Of a DNA stretch of 32,000 nt, positions 16,421 through 25,640 are shown piece after piece. How positions within the stretch are numbered: the first letter of the stretch is position 1; each line of letters starts with the position of its first letter. Both the position numbers and the translations under genes were made by a program. The stretch comes from Megasphaera elsdenii DSM 20460 (GTDB lineage Bacteria > Bacillota > Negativicutes > Veillonellales > Megasphaeraceae). The stretch spans positions 1,740,001-1,772,000 of the forward strand of contig NZ_CP027570.1 of the NCBI RefSeq assembly GCF_003010495.1, written 5' to 3'. The notes under the pieces are model-generated. The model saw only the letters and a list, made by a program, of their open reading frames with translations. It was not told where the DNA came from and made no database searches.

Positions 16421-16510
16421 TATCGTTTGTCGTGGGTCGTTCATCGTTTACCGTGATGGATTAAATTTTTGAACATTTCCGTTGTAGGGGTCGCCGTGTG
16501 GGCGACCCGC
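16421..16510 (+). repeat. Heptad array + core + GTAGGGG/GC-hairpin copy in the uvrB-uvrA spacer
   Basis: CGT occurs at 16424, 16431, 16438, 16445 and 16452. Core CGTGATGGATTAAATTTTTGAA (16452-16473). GTAGGGG, then GGGTCGCC-GTGTG-GGCGACCC (16488-16508). Confidence 0.8.
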
Positions 16511-16552
16511 TGAGTCCGACATGTTTTATATAATATTGAGTATAGGAGCATC

Positions 16553-19408
16553 ATGGAAGATAAATATATTGTCATTAAAGGTGCGCGTCAGCACAATTTA
16601 AAGAACATCGATGTCAAGATTCCCCGGGACAAGCTCGTCGTCTTTACGGGCCTGTCCGGTTCGGGCAAGTCGTCCCTGGCTTTTGATACGATTTACGCCG
16701 AAGGCCAGCGCCGCTATGTCGAATCTCTGTCGGCCTATGCCCGGCAGTTCCTGGGCCAGATGGATAAGCCTGATGTCGATTACATTGAAGGCCTGTCGCC
16801 GGCTATTTCCATCGACCAGAAGACGACGAGCCGCAATCCCCGGTCGACCGTCGGGACGGTTACGGAAATCTACGATTACCTGCGCCTGCTCTATGCCCGC
16901 GTCGGCGAAGCGTATTGCCCGAAATGCGGCAAGCCCATCCGCCAGCAGACTATCGAGCAGATGGCCGATGCTGTCATGGCCCTCGGCGAAGGCGAAAAGG
17001 TCATGGTCATGGCCCCTGTCGTCGACGGCCGCAAGGGGACCCATCAGAAACTCCTGGCCAAATTGGTCAAGGACGGCTACGTCCGCGTCCGCGTCGACGG
17101 CGAAGTCTACCTTTTGTCCGACGATATTCCCTTGGATAAGAATAAGAAGCATACCATCGACGTCATCATCGACCGCCTGGTCATCAAGAACAGTATCTTG
17201 ACGCGCCTGACTGATTCTTTGGAAACGGCGGCTAAACTGGCCGATGGCATCGTCCACATTTTCCGTATGGCTACGAAAGAAGTCCTGACTTTCAGTCAGC
17301 ATTTCGCCTGCCCGGACTGCCACGTCAGCCTGCCGGAAATCGAACCGCATCTCTTTTCTTTCAACAGTCCCTTCGGGGCCTGCCCGGCCTGCTCCGGTAT
17401 CGGCAGTACCATGGAAGTCGATGCCCGCCTCGTTTTGCCGGACCGCAAGAAATCCTTTGCCGACGGCGCTGTAGCGGCTCTCAGCAGTAATCCCGATTCG
17501 TGGTTCATGCGCCAGCTCGGCGGTCTCCTGCGGCCTTATGGCTTTACCCTGGATAATTGTTACGACGACTTGCCGGAAGAACTGCAGGAAAAACTCATGG
17601 ACGGTTCTGACGACCTGTGCGTCTTTGAATATGAGAACCTGCGCGGCCAGGTAAAGCAGTTCTCGACGACTTTTGAAGGCGTCCTGCCCATGGTCCGCCG
17701 CCGCTACCGCGAGGCTTCATCGGATATGATGCGCGACCAGTTCGGACAATTCATGACCGTCAAGCCCTGTTCGACCTGCCATGGCACGCGCCTGCGCCAC
17801 GAAGCGCTGGCCATCAAGATAGGCGGCTTGAACATCGCTGAATTGACGGATTTGCCTGTCAGCGATATGATTCCCTTCTTCGATAGCTTGAAATTGACGG
17901 AAAAGCAGCAGCTCATTGGCAAACAGATTTTCAAGGAAATCAAGGCCCGCCTGAATTTCCTGCAGACCGTCGGCCTCGATTATCTCACTCTGTCGCGGAC
18001 GGCCGGGACCCTGTCTGGCGGCGAAGCCCAGCGAATCCGCCTGGCGACCCAGATCGGTTCGGGCCTGGTCGGCGTCCTCTACATCCTGGACGAACCGTCT
18101 ATCGGCCTGCATCAGCGGGATAACGACAAGCTCCTGGAAGCCCTCAAGCGCCTGCGCGACCTGGGCAATACACTCATCGTCGTCGAACACGACGAAGATA
18201 CCATGCGGGCTGCCGATTATATCGTCGATATCGGTCCGGCTGCAGGGGAACACGGCGGCACCATCGTCGCCCAAGGGTCGGCCGAAGATATCATGGCTTG
18301 CTCTCAGTCACTGACGGGCCAGTACCTGAAGGGGACCAAGTACATTCCCGTCCCGAAAGTACGGCGGCTGGGGAGTGGGAACTTTTTGGAAATCATCGGC
18401 GCAGCCGAACACAATTTAAAACATATAAACGTGTCCATCCCCATCGGGACCCTGACTGTCGTTACAGGCGTATCCGGGTCGGGTAAGTCGACCTTGGTCA
18501 ATGAAATCCTGTACAAGGGCATGGCTGAGGCCGTTTACGGAACGCCGCACCGGCCGGGCAAGTTCAAGGCCTTGAAAGGCGTCGAATACATCGATAAGAT
18601 TATCAACATCGACCAGTCGCCTATTGGTCGGACGCCGCGGTCCAATCCGGCCACGTATACGGGCGTCTTCGATGCCATCCGCCAGCTCTACAGCCAGACG
18701 GCAGAAGCCAAGGTGCGCGGCTACAAAGCCGGCCGGTTCAGCTTCAATATCAAAGGCGGCCGCTGTGAAGCCTGCAAGGGTGACGGCATCATCCGCATCG
18801 AAATGAATTTCCTGCCAGATGTCTACGTTCCCTGCGAAGTCTGCCACGGTGCCCGCTATAACCGGGAAACGCTGGAAGTCAAATACAAGGGCAAGAATAT
18901 TTCCGACGTCCTCAACATGACCGTTGACGACGCCTGCCAGTTCTTTGAAAATATCCCGCGCATCGTCAATAAGTTGAAGACGCTGCAGCAGGTCGGCCTG
19001 GGCTACATCCGCCTGGGCCAGCCGGCGACGACCTTATCCGGTGGTGAAGCCCAGCGGGTCAAACTGGCGACGGAACTGTCCAAGCGCAGTACCGGCCGGA
19101 CCCTGTATATCCTCGATGAACCGACGACGGGCCTGCACACGGCGGACATCCACAAGCTCATGGACGTCTTGCAGATGCTCGTTGACGGCGGCGATACCGT
19201 CGTCGTCATCGAACACAATCTGGACGTCATCAAGACGGCAGACTATCTCATCGACCTCGGTCCCGAAGGTGGTGCCGGCGGCGGGACCGTCGTCGCCACG
19301 GGAACGCCGGAAGAAATCTGCCAGGTACCAGCTTCGTATACGGGAAAATTCCTCAAGCCCGTCCTGGAACGCACCAAGGCCCTCATGGCCGGCGAGAAGG
19401 GAGAATAA
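16553..19408 (+). CDS. uvrA: Excinuclease ABC subunit A
   Basis: 951 aa. Two ABC modules ([18 protein letters not shown]; LSGGEAQR twice) and zinc-finger Cys clusters. Confidence 0.95.
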   Translation: MEDKYIVIKGARQHNLKNIDVKIPRDKLVVFTGLSGSGKSSLAFDTIYAEGQRRYVESLSAYARQFLGQMDKPDVDYIEGLSPAISIDQKTTSRNPRSTVGTVTEIYDYLRLLYARVGEAYCPKCGKPIRQQTIEQMADAVMALGEGEKVMVMAPVVDGRKGTHQKLLAKLVKDGYVRVRVDGEVYLLSDDIPLDKNKKHTIDVIIDRLVIKNSILTRLTDSLETAAKLADGIVHIFRMATKEVLTFSQHFACPDCHVSLPEIEPHLFSFNSPFGACPACSGIGSTMEVDARLVLPDRKKSFADGAVAALSSNPDSWFMRQLGGLLRPYGFTLDNCYDDLPEELQEKLMDGSDDLCVFEYENLRGQVKQFSTTFEGVLPMVRRRYREASSDMMRDQFGQFMTVKPCSTCHGTRLRHEALAIKIGGLNIAELTDLPVSDMIPFFDSLKLTEKQQLIGKQIFKEIKARLNFLQTVGLDYLTLSRTAGTLSGGEAQRIRLATQIGSGLVGVLYILDEPSIGLHQRDNDKLLEALKRLRDLGNTLIVVEHDEDTMRAADYIVDIGPAAGEHGGTIVAQGSAEDIMACSQSLTGQYLKGTKYIPVPKVRRLGSGNFLEIIGAAEHNLKHINVSIPIGTLTVVTGVSGSGKSTLVNEILYKGMAEAVYGTPHRPGKFKALKGVEYIDKIINIDQSPIGRTPRSNPATYTGVFDAIRQLYSQTAEAKVRGYKAGRFSFNIKGGRCEACKGDGIIRIEMNFLPDVYVPCEVCHGARYNRETLEVKYKGKNISDVLNMTVDDACQFFENIPRIVNKLKTLQQVGLGYIRLGQPATTLSGGEAQRVKLATELSKRSTGRTLYILDEPTTGLHTADIHKLMDVLQMLVDGGDTVVVIEHNLDVIKTADYLIDLGPEGGAGGGTVVATGTPEEICQVPASYTGKFLKPVLERTKALMAGEKGE

Positions 19409-19411
19409 GCC

Positions 19412-21238
19412 ATGGCTGTCAGCGAAGCCGTCCGGGAAAAGGTTCGTAACCTGCCGACCCAGCCCGGCGTCTATCTTTGGAAAGATGAGAAGGGGAAAAT
19501 CATTTACGTCGGCAAAGCCGTCAATCTGCGCAACCGCGTGACCAGCTATGTCCGCCACGATGCCAACAGGGCGCCGAAAGTAGCGGCCATGGTCAGCCAT
19601 GCTGTGGACTTGGAAACGATAGTCGTCGCTACGGAAATGGAAGCCCTCATCCTGGAAAATACGCTCATCAAGAAATACCATCCCCACTACAACATCATGC
19701 TCCGCGACGACAAGACCTATCCCTATATCAAGGTCACCGTCCAGGAAGATTACCCACGCATCTTCATGACCCGCCGCGTCAGCCGCGACGGCGCCCGCTA
19801 TTTCGGCCCCTTTGCCGATTCGACAGCCGTCCACCGCGTCCTGAAGCTCATGCAGCGGGCCTACCACATCCGGTCGTGCCGGACCATGCCGACGGACCGG
19901 CCATGTTTGCAGTACCATTTGCATCACTGCGATGCGCCCTGCGTCCACTATATCACCAAAGGGGATTACGGGGTCCTGATCCGCCAGGCCCTGGATATCC
20001 TCGAAGGCCGGGACAGCGGCGTTTCCCAGGCGCTGCAGCAGAAGATGGAAGAGGCTGCGGAGGCCATGGAATTTGAAAAGGCTGCCATGTACCGTGACCA
20101 GATCAAGGCCATTGCCGTCATCCAGGAACAGCAGAACATCGTCAATACGACTGGCGGCGATATGGACGTCATCGGCCTGGCCCGTCAGGCCGGGCAGACA
20201 TGCGTCCAGATCTATACGGTCCGCATGGGCAAGCTCATGGGACGGGAAACGTTTTCCCTGGACAACGGCAGCGACGACGATGTGCCGTCCCTGATGGAAG
20301 CCGTCGTTGACCAGTATTATGGCGACGGGACTTTCATCCCGGCAGAAATCGTCGTACCAGGCCTGGAAGACCGGGAAGGCTGCGAACGCCGCCTGAGCCA
20401 GCAGAAGGGGAAGAAAGTCACTGTCGTCATCCCGCAGCGGGGGACGAAGAAACAACTCCTGGACATGGCTGCTGAAAATGCAGCCGGCCTTTTGGAACAG
20501 AAACGGCTGCAGTGGCAGCACGACGTGGACAAGACGACCGGTGCCGTCGAAGGCCTGGCGCGGATCCTCAACCTGCCCTGCCTGCCGGAACGCATGGAGT
20601 GCTTCGATATTTCCCATACCCAGGGCATCGAGACCGTCGCTTCCATGGTCGTCTTCGAGCATGGTCAGCCGGCTAAGAAGGAGTATCGCCGCTTTAAGCT
20701 GAAGACCGTCCAGGGCAAGCCTGATGACTTCAAGTCCATGGCGGAAATCATGGAACGGCGCTATGGTGAAAAGGATTGGCCCGTACCGGACCTGATCATC
20801 ATCGACGGCGGCAAAGGCCAGCTCCATGCGGCCCTGCCCGTCATCCGCCAGGCCGGCTGCGAAGCGCCGGTCATCAGTCTGGCCAAGCGCATCGAAGAAG
20901 TTTTCGTCGAAGGCCGCAGCGATTCTATCATCCTCAGTCACCACACGCCGGAACTGCAGCTGTTGCAGGCCATCCGTGACGAAGCTCATCGCTTTGCCAT
21001 TACCTATCACCGTCATTTGCGGGGCAAGCGCAGCCTCGTGTCCATCCTGGACCACGTCGAAGGCATCGGACCCAAACGGCGCAAGGCCTTGTGGACGGCC
21101 TTCAAGACCTTAGGCGACATGAAAGCGGCGTCCATCGAGGAACTGGCTGCCGTGCCGGGCATGAACCGCCAGGCTGCCGAAAATGTTTATTATTTCTTCC
21201 GCCTGGGAACCGATGAAAAGCGGAAAATGACCCAATAA
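19412..21238 (+). CDS. uvrC: Excinuclease ABC subunit C
   Basis: 608 aa. GIY-YIG (GVYLWKDEKGKIIYVGKA), UVR domain (MEFEKAAMYRDQIKA) and a C-terminal HhH. Confidence 0.95.
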   Translation: MAVSEAVREKVRNLPTQPGVYLWKDEKGKIIYVGKAVNLRNRVTSYVRHDANRAPKVAAMVSHAVDLETIVVATEMEALILENTLIKKYHPHYNIMLRDDKTYPYIKVTVQEDYPRIFMTRRVSRDGARYFGPFADSTAVHRVLKLMQRAYHIRSCRTMPTDRPCLQYHLHHCDAPCVHYITKGDYGVLIRQALDILEGRDSGVSQALQQKMEEAAEAMEFEKAAMYRDQIKAIAVIQEQQNIVNTTGGDMDVIGLARQAGQTCVQIYTVRMGKLMGRETFSLDNGSDDDVPSLMEAVVDQYYGDGTFIPAEIVVPGLEDREGCERRLSQQKGKKVTVVIPQRGTKKQLLDMAAENAAGLLEQKRLQWQHDVDKTTGAVEGLARILNLPCLPERMECFDISHTQGIETVASMVVFEHGQPAKKEYRRFKLKTVQGKPDDFKSMAEIMERRYGEKDWPVPDLIIIDGGKGQLHAALPVIRQAGCEAPVISLAKRIEEVFVEGRSDSIILSHHTPELQLLQAIRDEAHRFAITYHRHLRGKRSLVSILDHVEGIGPKRRKALWTAFKTLGDMKAASIEELAAVPGMNRQAAENVYYFFRLGTDEKRKMTQ

Positions 21239-21277
21239 ATATGGTATAATAAAAAGAAATGAAAGAGGAGGGATTAT

Positions 21278-21925
21278 ATGAAGAAAAAAGTCCTTACCAT
21301 TTTATGTGGCGCCTGGCTCATGGGGGCCGTCGCCATGGCTGCTTCGCCAGCCCTTATCCAGGATGCGCCGAAAGCCGTCTATACCCATAGCGATGGCAGC
21401 GTCCTCAGTATCCAGTACCCGGCCATTACCATGACCAACAACGCCGGAGCGGCCCAATTGATAGCCCAGTATTTTACCGATGAACAGCAGCAGGCCAAGA
21501 CCTTTTTCGACCAGCAGGGCGATAAGGGCATCAAATTGACGGAAGAAAAGACGTACACCGTCACCTTGAACGATGGCAAGTATTTGTCCTTCCTCGATGA
21601 AGGCTATCTCTATTTCGACAGAGCCGCTCATCCGACGAGCTGGAAGACCGGCGTCGTCTTCGATGTAGCGACGGGCAAGCGGATCACCAACTGGCGGGAT
21701 TTGGTCAAACCGGGTGATGAAAAGTATTTCACCCTGCAGAAAATCACGAATAAGCTGACTTTGAGCGGCCACGTCCTGTCGTCATATTTCAATGGATTGA
21801 CGGAAGATCCGAAGAATTTCTACCTCGACAAGAGCCGCAATATCCACTTCGTCTTCGGCCAGTATGAGGTAGCTCCGTACTCGTCGGGCATCATCGATAT
21901 CAATATGGGAAGACAGGCAAAATAA
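21278..21925 (+). CDS. Secreted DUF3298/DUF4163-like protein
   Basis: 215 aa. Signal peptide MKKKVLTILCGAWLMGAVAMAA. The DRAAHP and FVFGQYEVAPYSSG patterns resemble DUF3298. Family assignment is from memory. Confidence 0.5.
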   Translation: MKKKVLTILCGAWLMGAVAMAASPALIQDAPKAVYTHSDGSVLSIQYPAITMTNNAGAAQLIAQYFTDEQQQAKTFFDQQGDKGIKLTEEKTYTVTLNDGKYLSFLDEGYLYFDRAAHPTSWKTGVVFDVATGKRITNWRDLVKPGDEKYFTLQKITNKLTLSGHVLSSYFNGLTEDPKNFYLDKSRNIHFVFGQYEVAPYSSGIIDINMGRQAK

Positions 21926-22031
21926 GTCGTAAAATAATCTTGCTTTTTTTTGCCCAATATGATATCATAAACATGTCAAAAATAATTAATAAGAATTATT
22001 CGTTAATACGTTGATTCAGGAGGAAAAGAAC

Positions 22032-22193
22032 ATGGATAAGTACGAATGCAGCATTTGCGGTTATATTTATGATGAAGCTGAAGGCGACGCAGACAACGGC
22101 GTTGCAGCTGGCACGAAATTCGCTGATCTCCCGGCAGATTGGGTATGTCCGACCTGCGGCGCAGACAAAGACGCTTTCGTAAAAATGGACTAA
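22032..22193 (+). CDS. Rubredoxin
   Basis: 53 aa with two CxxCG knuckles (CSICGY, CPTCGA). AGGAGG at 22017-22022 supports ATG 22032 rather than the track start at 22011. Confidence 0.92.
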   Translation: MDKYECSICGYIYDEAEGDADNGVAAGTKFADLPADWVCPTCGADKDAFVKMD

Positions 22194-22202
22194 TTTTTGA
22201 AT

Positions 22203-22293
22203 GTGTGAAGTTTGATGTATGACGTTTGAAGCGATGGCTTTAAATTTCAAACCATCCACATCAAACATCAAACTTTTAACTTCAAACTTAAAA
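22203..22293. repeat. Best copy of the heptad element: 13 consecutive 7-mers forming an imperfect palindrome
   Basis: GTGTGAA GTTTGAT GTATGAC GTTTGAA GCGATGG CTTTAAA TTTCAAA CCATCCA CATCAAA CATCAAA CTTTTAA CTTCAAA CTTAAAA. Confidence 0.85.
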
Positions 22294-22294
22294 A

Positions 22295-22325
22295 GAGCTT
22301 GTCGCATATGCGGCAAGCTCTTTTT
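22295..22325 (+). terminator. Rho-independent terminator of the rubredoxin gene
   Basis: GAGCTTGTCGC-ATAT-GCGGCAAGCTC, then TTTTT. Confidence 0.8.
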
Positions 22326-22414
22326 ATTGACAATCTTCCGGAAGCACGATACAATGATTACTGTTAGACATAAATATTCGTCATGTTTCACATGATTTTG
22401 CAGGGGGTGCTTCT

Positions 22415-22810
22415 GTGAATTTAAAATATGTCAAAGGCAGTTACATGGATGAAATCATGTACGAAGGCCGGCCTGTCCTGTTCACTCTCGATGGCCTCGA
22501 TGAAGGCCATGAAGAGGAAGCGCAGCAGTACGGCGAAGAAGTTTGGAACTGGGTTTTGGCGCATCGCTCCCGTGTCATCGCTCACGCGCCGCTGATTGCG
22601 AATTTCAAGAACAAGAAATGGCGTTCTGACGGCGAACCGGAAGTGACAGCAGAGGAAATCCGCAGTTATTTAAGTCGCATCACTTCGATTTATGCCACTT
22701 ATAAGAAAGGCTTCGACGTATTCTTCGATACCAATGACGTATTCGATGAACGATCCATCGTCATCAGCATGGGCAAGAATTTCTTCTTTGAAGGCTTCAA
22801 ACTCTTGTAA
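22415..22810 (+). CDS. Hypothetical cytoplasmic protein (131 aa)
   Basis: GTG start 7 nt after AGGGGG (22402-22407). Codon bias looks coding. I recognise no family. Confidence 0.55.
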   Translation: MNLKYVKGSYMDEIMYEGRPVLFTLDGLDEGHEEEAQQYGEEVWNWVLAHRSRVIAHAPLIANFKNKKWRSDGEPEVTAEEIRSYLSRITSIYATYKKGFDVFFDTNDVFDERSIVISMGKNFFFEGFKLL

Positions 22811-22820
22811 TCCTGTCATA

Positions 22821-22849
22821 TTGTAGAATCACTGAGAATGTGGTAAAAT
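22821..22849 (+). promoter_or_regulatory. Promoter of the SCIFF operon
   Basis: TTGTAG (22821-22826), 17-nt spacer, TGgTAAAAT extended -10 (22841-22849). Confidence 0.5.
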
Positions 22850-22881
22850 AAGGAATAATCATTGATAGAGAGGTGAATATC

Positions 22882-23022
22882 ATGGCAAAACACATCATTA
22901 CGATCAACACAGAATCGATCCAGAAGACGGCACAGCACGCTGGCTGCAGCGAATGTCAGACGTCCTGCCAGTCCGCTTGCAAAACTTCTTGCACCGTTGG
23001 CAATCAGATCTGCACAAAATAA
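22882..23022 (+). CDS. SCIFF ('six cysteines in forty-five residues') ribosomal peptide precursor
   Basis: 46 aa: MAKHIITINTESIQKTAQHAGCSECQTSCQSACKTSCTVGNQICTK. It carries the family's GCxECQTSCQSACKTSCTVGNQ core with 6 Cys. RBS AGAGAGG. Too short for the ORF track. Confidence 0.9.
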   Translation: MAKHIITINTESIQKTAQHAGCSECQTSCQSACKTSCTVGNQICTK

Positions 23023-23036
23023 GTTACGTGAAGGAA

Positions 23037-23071
23037 AAGGGGCGTCGCTCGCGCGGCACCCCCTTCTTTTT
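23037..23071 (+). terminator. Intra-operon hairpin with T-run between the precursor and maturase (probably a partial terminator)
   Basis: AAGGGG...CCCCTT outer stem with a GC-rich interior, then CTTTTT. Confidence 0.5.
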
Positions 23072-23091
23072 GTATGGAGGAAACATTATTC

Positions 23092-24525
23092 ATGGCTGAA
23101 ATTAAACCAATGATTCATAAATACTGTCAGAACGGCACTTACATGCTCCTCGACGTCAACAGCGGCATCATCAACGTCATCGACAAGATGACCTACGATG
23201 TCCTCGACGTCTATGACGGTACCAATAAAGAAGTTGTCTATCAGGCTTTTGCCGGGACTTATGACAAAAAGGATTTAGATGAAACCCTGGGGGAATTGGA
23301 CGGGCTCATCGAAAAGGAAATGCTCTTCGCACCGATGACGGAAAACTTCAAGGTCGTTGCCGAAGAAGAACCGGTCATCAAGTCCTTATGCCTGAACATC
23401 GCGCACGACTGCAACCTGCGCTGTAAGTACTGCTTTGCCTCTCAGGGCGATTATGATACGCACAAGCGGGAACTCATGAGCTTCGACGTAGCTAAACACG
23501 CCGTCGATCTGCTCATCAAGAGCACCGAAGGCAAACGCCAGCACTGCGAAATCGACTTCTTCGGCGGCGAACCGCTGATGAACTTCGGCGTCGTCAAGCA
23601 GACCATCGAATACATCCGGGAACAGGAAAAGATCCACGATAAAGTCTTCAAACTGTCCCTGACGACGAACGGCATGCTTCTCGACCCAGCCAAGGTCAAG
23701 TATTTGACGGATAACCACATCAGCCTCATCCTCAGCCTCGACGGCCGTCCGGAAGTCCACGACCGCATGCGCCCCGACGCCGGTGGCCACGGCTCCTATA
23801 AGACCTGTGCGGACAATCAGGTCTATGCTGCCAAGCATCGCAATGGTGAAGAATATTACGTCCGCGGGACGTATACAAAATACAACCTCGATTTTACCAA
23901 AGACGTAGAACACATGGCCGACCTCGGCTTTGAAGGCCTGTCCATGGAACCTGTCGTCGGTGACGATCTGTCCTATGCCATTACGGACGACGATTTGCCC
24001 CGCATTTACGAAGAATATGACCGCCTGGCTGATTTCTACTTGAAGCGTATGGATGAAGGCCGTCCCTTCATTTACTATCATTTCATCATGGATCTCTACC
24101 GCGGTCCCTGTATCGCCAAGCGCCTGCGCGGCTGCGGTGCCGGTCATGAATACATGTGTGTCGTCCCCAACGGCGATATCTATCCGTGCCATCAGTTTGT
24201 CGGCCAGGACGACTACGTCATCGGCAATGTCTATGACGGCGTGACCAATACGGAACTGCCGCCGCTCTTCCGCGACATGCACGTCCTCAACAAGCCCATC
24301 TGCTGCGACTGCTGGGCCAAGTTCTTCTGCAGCGGCGGCTGCCATGCCAACAATATCAAGTACGGTGGCAATATCCAGACGCCGTATGAACTGAGCTGCA
24401 AGATCCAGAAGAAACGCATCGAATGTGCCATGTACATCCAGGCTGTCCTGGCCATGCGCGGCCAGAAAGCCCGCCTCTTCGGCGATCCCGAAGAAAACTG
24501 TGAAGGATGCGGCGCCTGTGAATAA
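23092..24525 (+). CDS. Radical SAM/SPASM thioether-forming SCIFF maturase
   Basis: CNLRCKYC (CxxxCxxC) and a C-terminal SPASM Cys cluster (CCDCWAKFFCSGGC). Sits directly after the SCIFF gene. GGAGGA at 23076-23081 favours ATG 23092. Confidence 0.88.
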   Translation: MAEIKPMIHKYCQNGTYMLLDVNSGIINVIDKMTYDVLDVYDGTNKEVVYQAFAGTYDKKDLDETLGELDGLIEKEMLFAPMTENFKVVAEEEPVIKSLCLNIAHDCNLRCKYCFASQGDYDTHKRELMSFDVAKHAVDLLIKSTEGKRQHCEIDFFGGEPLMNFGVVKQTIEYIREQEKIHDKVFKLSLTTNGMLLDPAKVKYLTDNHISLILSLDGRPEVHDRMRPDAGGHGSYKTCADNQVYAAKHRNGEEYYVRGTYTKYNLDFTKDVEHMADLGFEGLSMEPVVGDDLSYAITDDDLPRIYEEYDRLADFYLKRMDEGRPFIYYHFIMDLYRGPCIAKRLRGCGAGHEYMCVVPNGDIYPCHQFVGQDDYVIGNVYDGVTNTELPPLFRDMHVLNKPICCDCWAKFFCSGGCHANNIKYGGNIQTPYELSCKIQKKRIECAMYIQAVLAMRGQKARLFGDPEENCEGCGACE

Positions 24526-24538
24526 GCTGACGAAACTC

Positions 24539-24724
24539 ATGAAGCTCAAGGTCTTCTTGTGGATCGTCGTCTATGCCTATCTGTTTTATGCCATTGCCGT
24601 CGATGGCCCGTCGGCAGGTCTCTTAGGCCTGCTGGCGGCGGCTGTCGTCGTCTGTGTCATGCAGATTTGGATGCATAGCAAGGCACGGACCCGGTGGATG
24701 CATAATAAATTTGATAAAAAATAA
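24539..24724 (+). CDS. Hypothetical 61-aa two-helix membrane protein
   Basis: MKLKVFLWIVVYAYLFYAIAVDGPSAGLLGLLAAAVVVCVMQIW... GC3 bias is consistent with coding. No clear RBS. Starts 13 nt after the maturase stop. Confidence 0.35.
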   Translation: MKLKVFLWIVVYAYLFYAIAVDGPSAGLLGLLAAAVVVCVMQIWMHSKARTRWMHNKFDKK

Positions 24725-24745
24725 CCAGAAACGCTACTAAATAGG

Positions 24746-24774
24746 TTGACTTTATGGCGTTTATGGAGTACATT
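24746..24774 (+). promoter_or_regulatory. suf operon promoter
   Basis: TTGACT (24746-24751), 17-nt spacer, TACATT (24769-24774). Confidence 0.45.
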
Positions 24775-24888
24775 AAGAACAGTTCAGTAAGTGTATCTAA
24801 ATAGTACACTTTATCAATACAGAAATTTGCGTTTTATCCTGGCAGACAGGGTAGAAGAAAACGCATAACTTTTATAGGAGTGATACTG

Positions 24889-25626
24889 ATGAGTGAATTA
24901 TTACGAGTAGAAGGCTTGCATATCGCTGTCGAAGGCAAAGAAATCCTCAAAGGCCTCGACCTGACGATCAACACAGGCGAAACACATGTCATCATGGGTT
25001 CCAACGGCGCCGGCAAATCGACGCTGTTCAATGCCATCATGGGCAACCCGAAATATGTCGTCACAGCCGGCAAGATCTTCTTTGAAGGAAAGGATATTAC
25101 GGACGCTCCCGTCAACGAACGCGCCAAAGCAGGCATCTTCATGGCCTTCCAGCAGCCCATCGCTGTCCAGGGCATTTCCGTTGAAAACTTCATCCGTAAC
25201 GCCAAGAGCACTGTATCGGGCCAGCAGCAGCGCATCATGCCGTTCCGCAAGAAGCTCCACGCTCAGATGGAACAGCTGAAAATGGATAAATCCTATGCCG
25301 AACGCTATGTCAACGATGGTTTCTCCGGCGGCGAACGGAAAAAGACGGAAATCCTCCAGATGTGCATGCTCGAACCGAAACTGACCATGCTCGACGAAAT
25401 CGACTCGGGCCTCGACGTCGATGCTGTCCGCATCGTATCGGAAACGGTATCGAAGTACCACAATGAAAATAATTCTATCCTGGTCATTACCCACCACAGT
25501 GAAATTTTACAGCACTTGAAACCTGATTTCGTTCATATCCTCATCGACGGCAAGATCGTCAAGACCGGCGATGCATCGCTCATCCAGGCTATTGAAGCCA
25601 ACGGCTACGACGCATACAAAGGATAG
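24889..25626 (+). CDS. sufC: Fe-S cluster assembly ATPase
   Basis: Walker A GSNGAGKST and LDEIDSGLD. TAGGAG RBS 8 nt before ATG 24889. Confidence 0.93.
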   Translation: MSELLRVEGLHIAVEGKEILKGLDLTINTGETHVIMGSNGAGKSTLFNAIMGNPKYVVTAGKIFFEGKDITDAPVNERAKAGIFMAFQQPIAVQGISVENFIRNAKSTVSGQQQRIMPFRKKLHAQMEQLKMDKSYAERYVNDGFSGGERKKTEILQMCMLEPKLTMLDEIDSGLDVDAVRIVSETVSKYHNENNSILVITHHSEILQHLKPDFVHILIDGKIVKTGDASLIQAIEANGYDAYKG

Positions 25627-25640
25627 TAGGAGGTACAGCT

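Noticed and set aside
16470-16484. A possible LexA (Cheo) box, TGAACATTTCCGTTG, upstream of uvrA.
   Set aside because: It lacks the GAAC-N4-GTTC dyad (GAAC ATTT CCGT). The sequence belongs to the repeat core motif instead.
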